NCBI RefSeq assembly: GCF_009914755.1
Contig: NC_060930.1
Direction: 5' to 3' (one strand)
Source: the human T2T-CHM13v2.0 reference genome, Homo sapiens
DNA length: 64,000 nt
Shown here: positions 60,361-64,000 of the stretch, in pieces
How the letters are laid out: every line of letters starts with the position of its first letter
How positions within the stretch are numbered: position 1 is the stretch's first letter
Made by a program: the position numbers and the translations under genes
Notes under the pieces: model-generated
The model's database searches: none
What the model was told of the DNA's origin: nothing
The model's input: only the letters and a program-made list of their open reading frames with translations

Positions 60361-61527
60361 GCTCAAACCTCTGCTCAGACTCAGGGCTCCTTAAAGATAG
60401 GAATCTACCTCCGTTTTCAGCCTGGGCCCCCTTCATCCCCTGCACAGGGCAGGGACTGCTTCCGCCCCTCTCCCCTTTCTCCTAGGGTCCCTTTGCTGCA
60501 GGCAGAGCTGGAGCTGGAGCAGAAGTGTGGCTGAGGCCACTGAGGAAGCATTCACAGCTCAGACCTGCAGCCTCCTCCGACCACAGAGCTAATGCTGTGG
60601 AGCTGACCACTTGGCACCAGAGATCTCCAGGGAAACCCTGCCAGCGCCCTGAGCTTATGGCCTGGCCTTAAACCTGCACCACTGGCTTCAAAAGTGCCAC
60701 ATCCTCTCCCTATCTTTAAAGATAGCACAGCACCTGCCTTCATGAATCCATTTCAGTGAAAGCGGGGCTTAAAAACCAGAGCTGTACAGCAACATACACA
60801 CACACCCTAAACACATCCCCACTTCTACCTTCCATCTTTTCTCTTTCTGCATTCATTCCTCTGGCCCAGTCTCTGTGTCTCTGTTCCACTTATTTCTGTC
60901 TCTGTCAATCTGTGTCTCTTTCCATCTGCCTCTGTCCCTTGCTGCGTCTCTGCTTCTCTCTGCCACATTTTGTGTTTCTTTTCTGTCTCTGTCCGCTTGT
61001 GAGTGTTATTCTACATCTCATGCCCTCTCTGAGTTTTTGTTCATGTCTGCCTTCTCCTGTCACCCCCAAGGGCCCTGAGGTCCCCCCTCCCCTCATTCCT
61101 CCCTTCCCCCGTAGCAGCCACCTCTCTGGGTGCCACTAGCTCACGCTTAGCTCTTCAGGCAATCGTAGAAAGAAGAAAGGGAGGAGGATGCTAGCGGGGA
61201 GCTTGAAGCAAGTGGTGGGGCAGCAGTGAGAAGTAGAAGTAGCACTGAATAAATACGCAGCTGTCTCTTTTATCTCTTCTTGGCAGGAGGCAGAAGCTGG
61301 GGCAGGGGAGGCTCAGACGAATGGGCAGGGAGGGAGATGGATGATGGGGCCCAGAGTGAGACGGGGAGACTCAGGGCAGCCGACAGGACTGAAATGAAGG
61401 GGGATGTAAGTTTCCACAACCTCTGGCTCCTGGCAGGAGACTTTCCACCCTGATTACTAGGGACAGGGAATTGTTTAGGAGTCCAGGACACAAAAGGATA
61501 AAATAAGGAGACCGTGGGAAGAGCAGT

Positions 61528-61529
<2 letters not shown>

Positions 61530-61562
<33 letters not shown>

Positions 61563-61575
61563 CGCACGCGCGCGC
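61530..61575. repeat. (TG)n/(CG)n alternating purine-pyrimidine tract
   Basis: 46 bp of uninterrupted RY alternation. Confidence 0.95.
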
Positions 61576-61599
61576 CCTACTCACTAGTCGCTAGTGCTA

Positions 61600-61957
61600 T
61601 TTGCTAAATATTTCTGGGTCTCCTCTTCCGAATTGCACTCCCTGGCCCCCTTGTGGTTGGATGGGGCCATATGACCAGTTCTGGCCAATGGGCAGAAGAG
61701 AAAGTGTCACTTCCCGGCAGAAGAACGTAATTGCCAATGCAACATCTTCCAGAGGTCTTTCTTTCCCTCTGGCACTATGACCAGCAAGCTTTGAGCTAGT
61801 GGCTTCTCCATCAGTCTGGGCCTTGGGGTGATATGATGTGCAGAAGCTGTGACTGGCATGTCGCGTGAGCAAGAAGCAAGCCCTTTGGTTTTAAGCAGTA
61901 GAGGTTTTGGAGTTATTTGTTAATGAAGCATAGCCTTGCCTATCCTGACTGATGCAG
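61600..61957 (+). mobile_element. MLT1-type MaLR LTR
   Basis: 'ggggccatatgaccagttctggccaatg' and 3' 'ttttaagcagtagaggttttggagttatttgttaatgaagcatagcc...cctgactgat'. Confidence 0.7.
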
Positions 61958-63782
61958 TATACATGCCTGTGATTGTGTAGGTGTCTGTATGGAGTGTAAA
62001 GTGTCCAGGGATGTGTGTTTAAGCATGTGTATGTGCCAATATTTATTTAATACATATAGAAGCACGTGTGTTTAGAGGTTGTGTGTGTGAATACAAGTCT
62101 TGGTATTTTTGGTCCACACCCAGCAAATGGTGAAGAAGGAAAGTTTCCCTCTGCTGCTGTCTTACCTCCTGTTTGAGGTAGACACACAAAGGGCCAGATC
62201 TTGGGTCCCGCTTGCCTCCTAACCACCCGCCCAGCTTTAATCTCCACGTCTTCTCTTCTTCCTGGCAGCTGCTACCCTCTTCCCTGAGTGTTCCTGGGGT
62301 GGCTACTGCTTTTGGCTGCCTGGCACAATTTCCCTCTCTCCTAGCCCCAGGCAGAGTGACTGGTTCTGGGTTAGGTGTGTGGCCAGGGCCAGACCACTCA
62401 GACACCTTCCCCAGGATTTTGCTGCTGGAGCAAGCAGGGAAGTGGAGCGCACCTTCCCTTTGGGGTGATAGACACAGGAAGGGGTGAGATGTGCAGCTGT
62501 CCTTGCCATGGAGGGATGAGTGGCCAGGCCGAAAGAAGCAGAGCTGAGAGAAAGGAACAAGATGTTTTAGATCCAGTGCCACCTGGTCTCAATAATGACA
62601 TGGGCCAGTGTGTTTGCTTGCTCTCCAAGGCTGTGGTGGACTTGTCTCTGGGAGGAGGGACAGAAGGGACTTGATCGGGAGGACAGAGGCCCATCCTCTG
62701 CTTCCTCCCGAAAAGGCTGCAGAACAGCCTAAAGCCAGGGGGTGGGTCTTTCAGGCCCAGAAAGGGGAGTGTCTCTCTGCCAAGGACCAGGGCAACAGTC
62801 CAAAACAGAGACACACAGCCCAGCCCAGGCCTGAGTGGTGGCTGGAGGGTATGGAGGTGTGAGAAGAGACCCCCATAGTCAGAGAGAAGATTCAGAAGCA
62901 GTTTCTGGAATGGACTGGGATCCCACCACTGGGGCCGTCCCAAATCTCCCTTAGCCAAAGTTTGGAGCCCAGCAGCCTGGGCTGCAATCTTGCTAAGTGA
63001 TGTGAGCACCTTATTTAATCCCTGTGCCTCTGTCTCCTCTGTGATGATACTAGTGTAAATTTCACAGCATACTTCTGAGAATTAAATGAACGGATTCACA
63101 TTAGTGCTCAGAACAGTGCCTAGTATATAGTGAGCAGCTGACATCGGCTATTATGATTTCCTAAACCAATGTGAATTGGGTTTTTGTTACTGGCAACTGA
63201 AATGGTCCTGGTTATTAATAATTCTCTCTTCCCAGGCTGATCAGCCAAGAAGCACCTGGTTTCACTACTTCTTTTTCTTCTGGTTCAGAAACAGAAGCAG
63301 AAATCCCCTTTAGATTTTCACCGAGTCTTTTGTCCTTCAATGGTAACTTTTACAGAGGGCGGTAAAACAACGCAATGGGAATTCCACTCAAGCAGAAACA
63401 ACTGCAGAAAGCCTGGGTTGGGGCTTTCTGGGACTTCTATTAGGTGAGAATGTCCCAGGCCAGCTCTCCCCTACCCCTCCCAACCTGGGGTGGTTCTAGG
63501 AGGGTGCTGGGGGTCAGGCAGGCCTGGGTGGGAATCCTGGCACTTCTGACTGGCTGTGGGACCCCATGTAAACATACAATCTTATAGAGCCTCAGTTTTC
63601 TAATCTATAAAATGGGACTAATAATAATAATAGCTGCTCCATGAGATTTTTCATGACATTGAAGTTAATCTGTATAAAGCTTTCGTCACTGGCACATACT
63701 GAAGTTCTCCATAGATGCTGTGGTTGCTAAATCATCCTGGTAAGAGACTCCTCTAGTACGTGCTTTAGAAAGCAGCTCTTCT

Positions 63783-64000
63783 GGATAGGCGTGGTGGCTC
63801 ACGCCTGTAATCCCAGCACTTTGGGAGTCCGAAGTAGGCAGATCACTTGAGCTCAGGAGTTCGAGACTAGCCTGGCCAACATGGTGAAACCCTGTCTCTA
63901 CTAAAAATACAAAAAGTTTAGCCAGGTGTGGTGGCGTGTGCCTGTAGTCCCAGCTACTCTAGAGGCTGAGGCAGGAGAATCACTTGAACCCAGGAGGTGG
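63783..64000 (+). mobile_element. Alu, cut by the window end
   Basis: Alu consensus up to the edge. Confidence 0.95.

Overview
Primate (very probably human) genomic DNA, judged from AluJ/S/Y SINEs, an ERV9-family LTR12, MaLR LTRs, MIR/L2 and hAT MER elements. I find no intact protein-coding gene. The long ORFs in the track come from Alu sequence or from a G-rich tandem repeat. Best-supported non-routine elements: (1) a full-length processed RPS20 pseudogene on the minus strand (~47604-48768) that sits inside a MIR and is interrupted by two Alus with readable TSDs; (2) a ~1.75 kb almost C-free G-rich minisatellite (7258-9004) with higher-order internal duplications; (3) a solo LTR12 with 8 CCAAT boxes inserted into an Alu with a 4-bp TSD; (4) an orphan ~1.4 kb CpG island (~36790-38220); (5) several repeat-free blocks rich in homeodomain/FOX/SOX motifs that look like developmental enhancers (inference only). 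I could not support a previously undescribed biological system, and I did not identify the chromosomal locus. All repeat family calls come from recalled consensus sequences, not a database search, and boundaries of old repeats are approximate.
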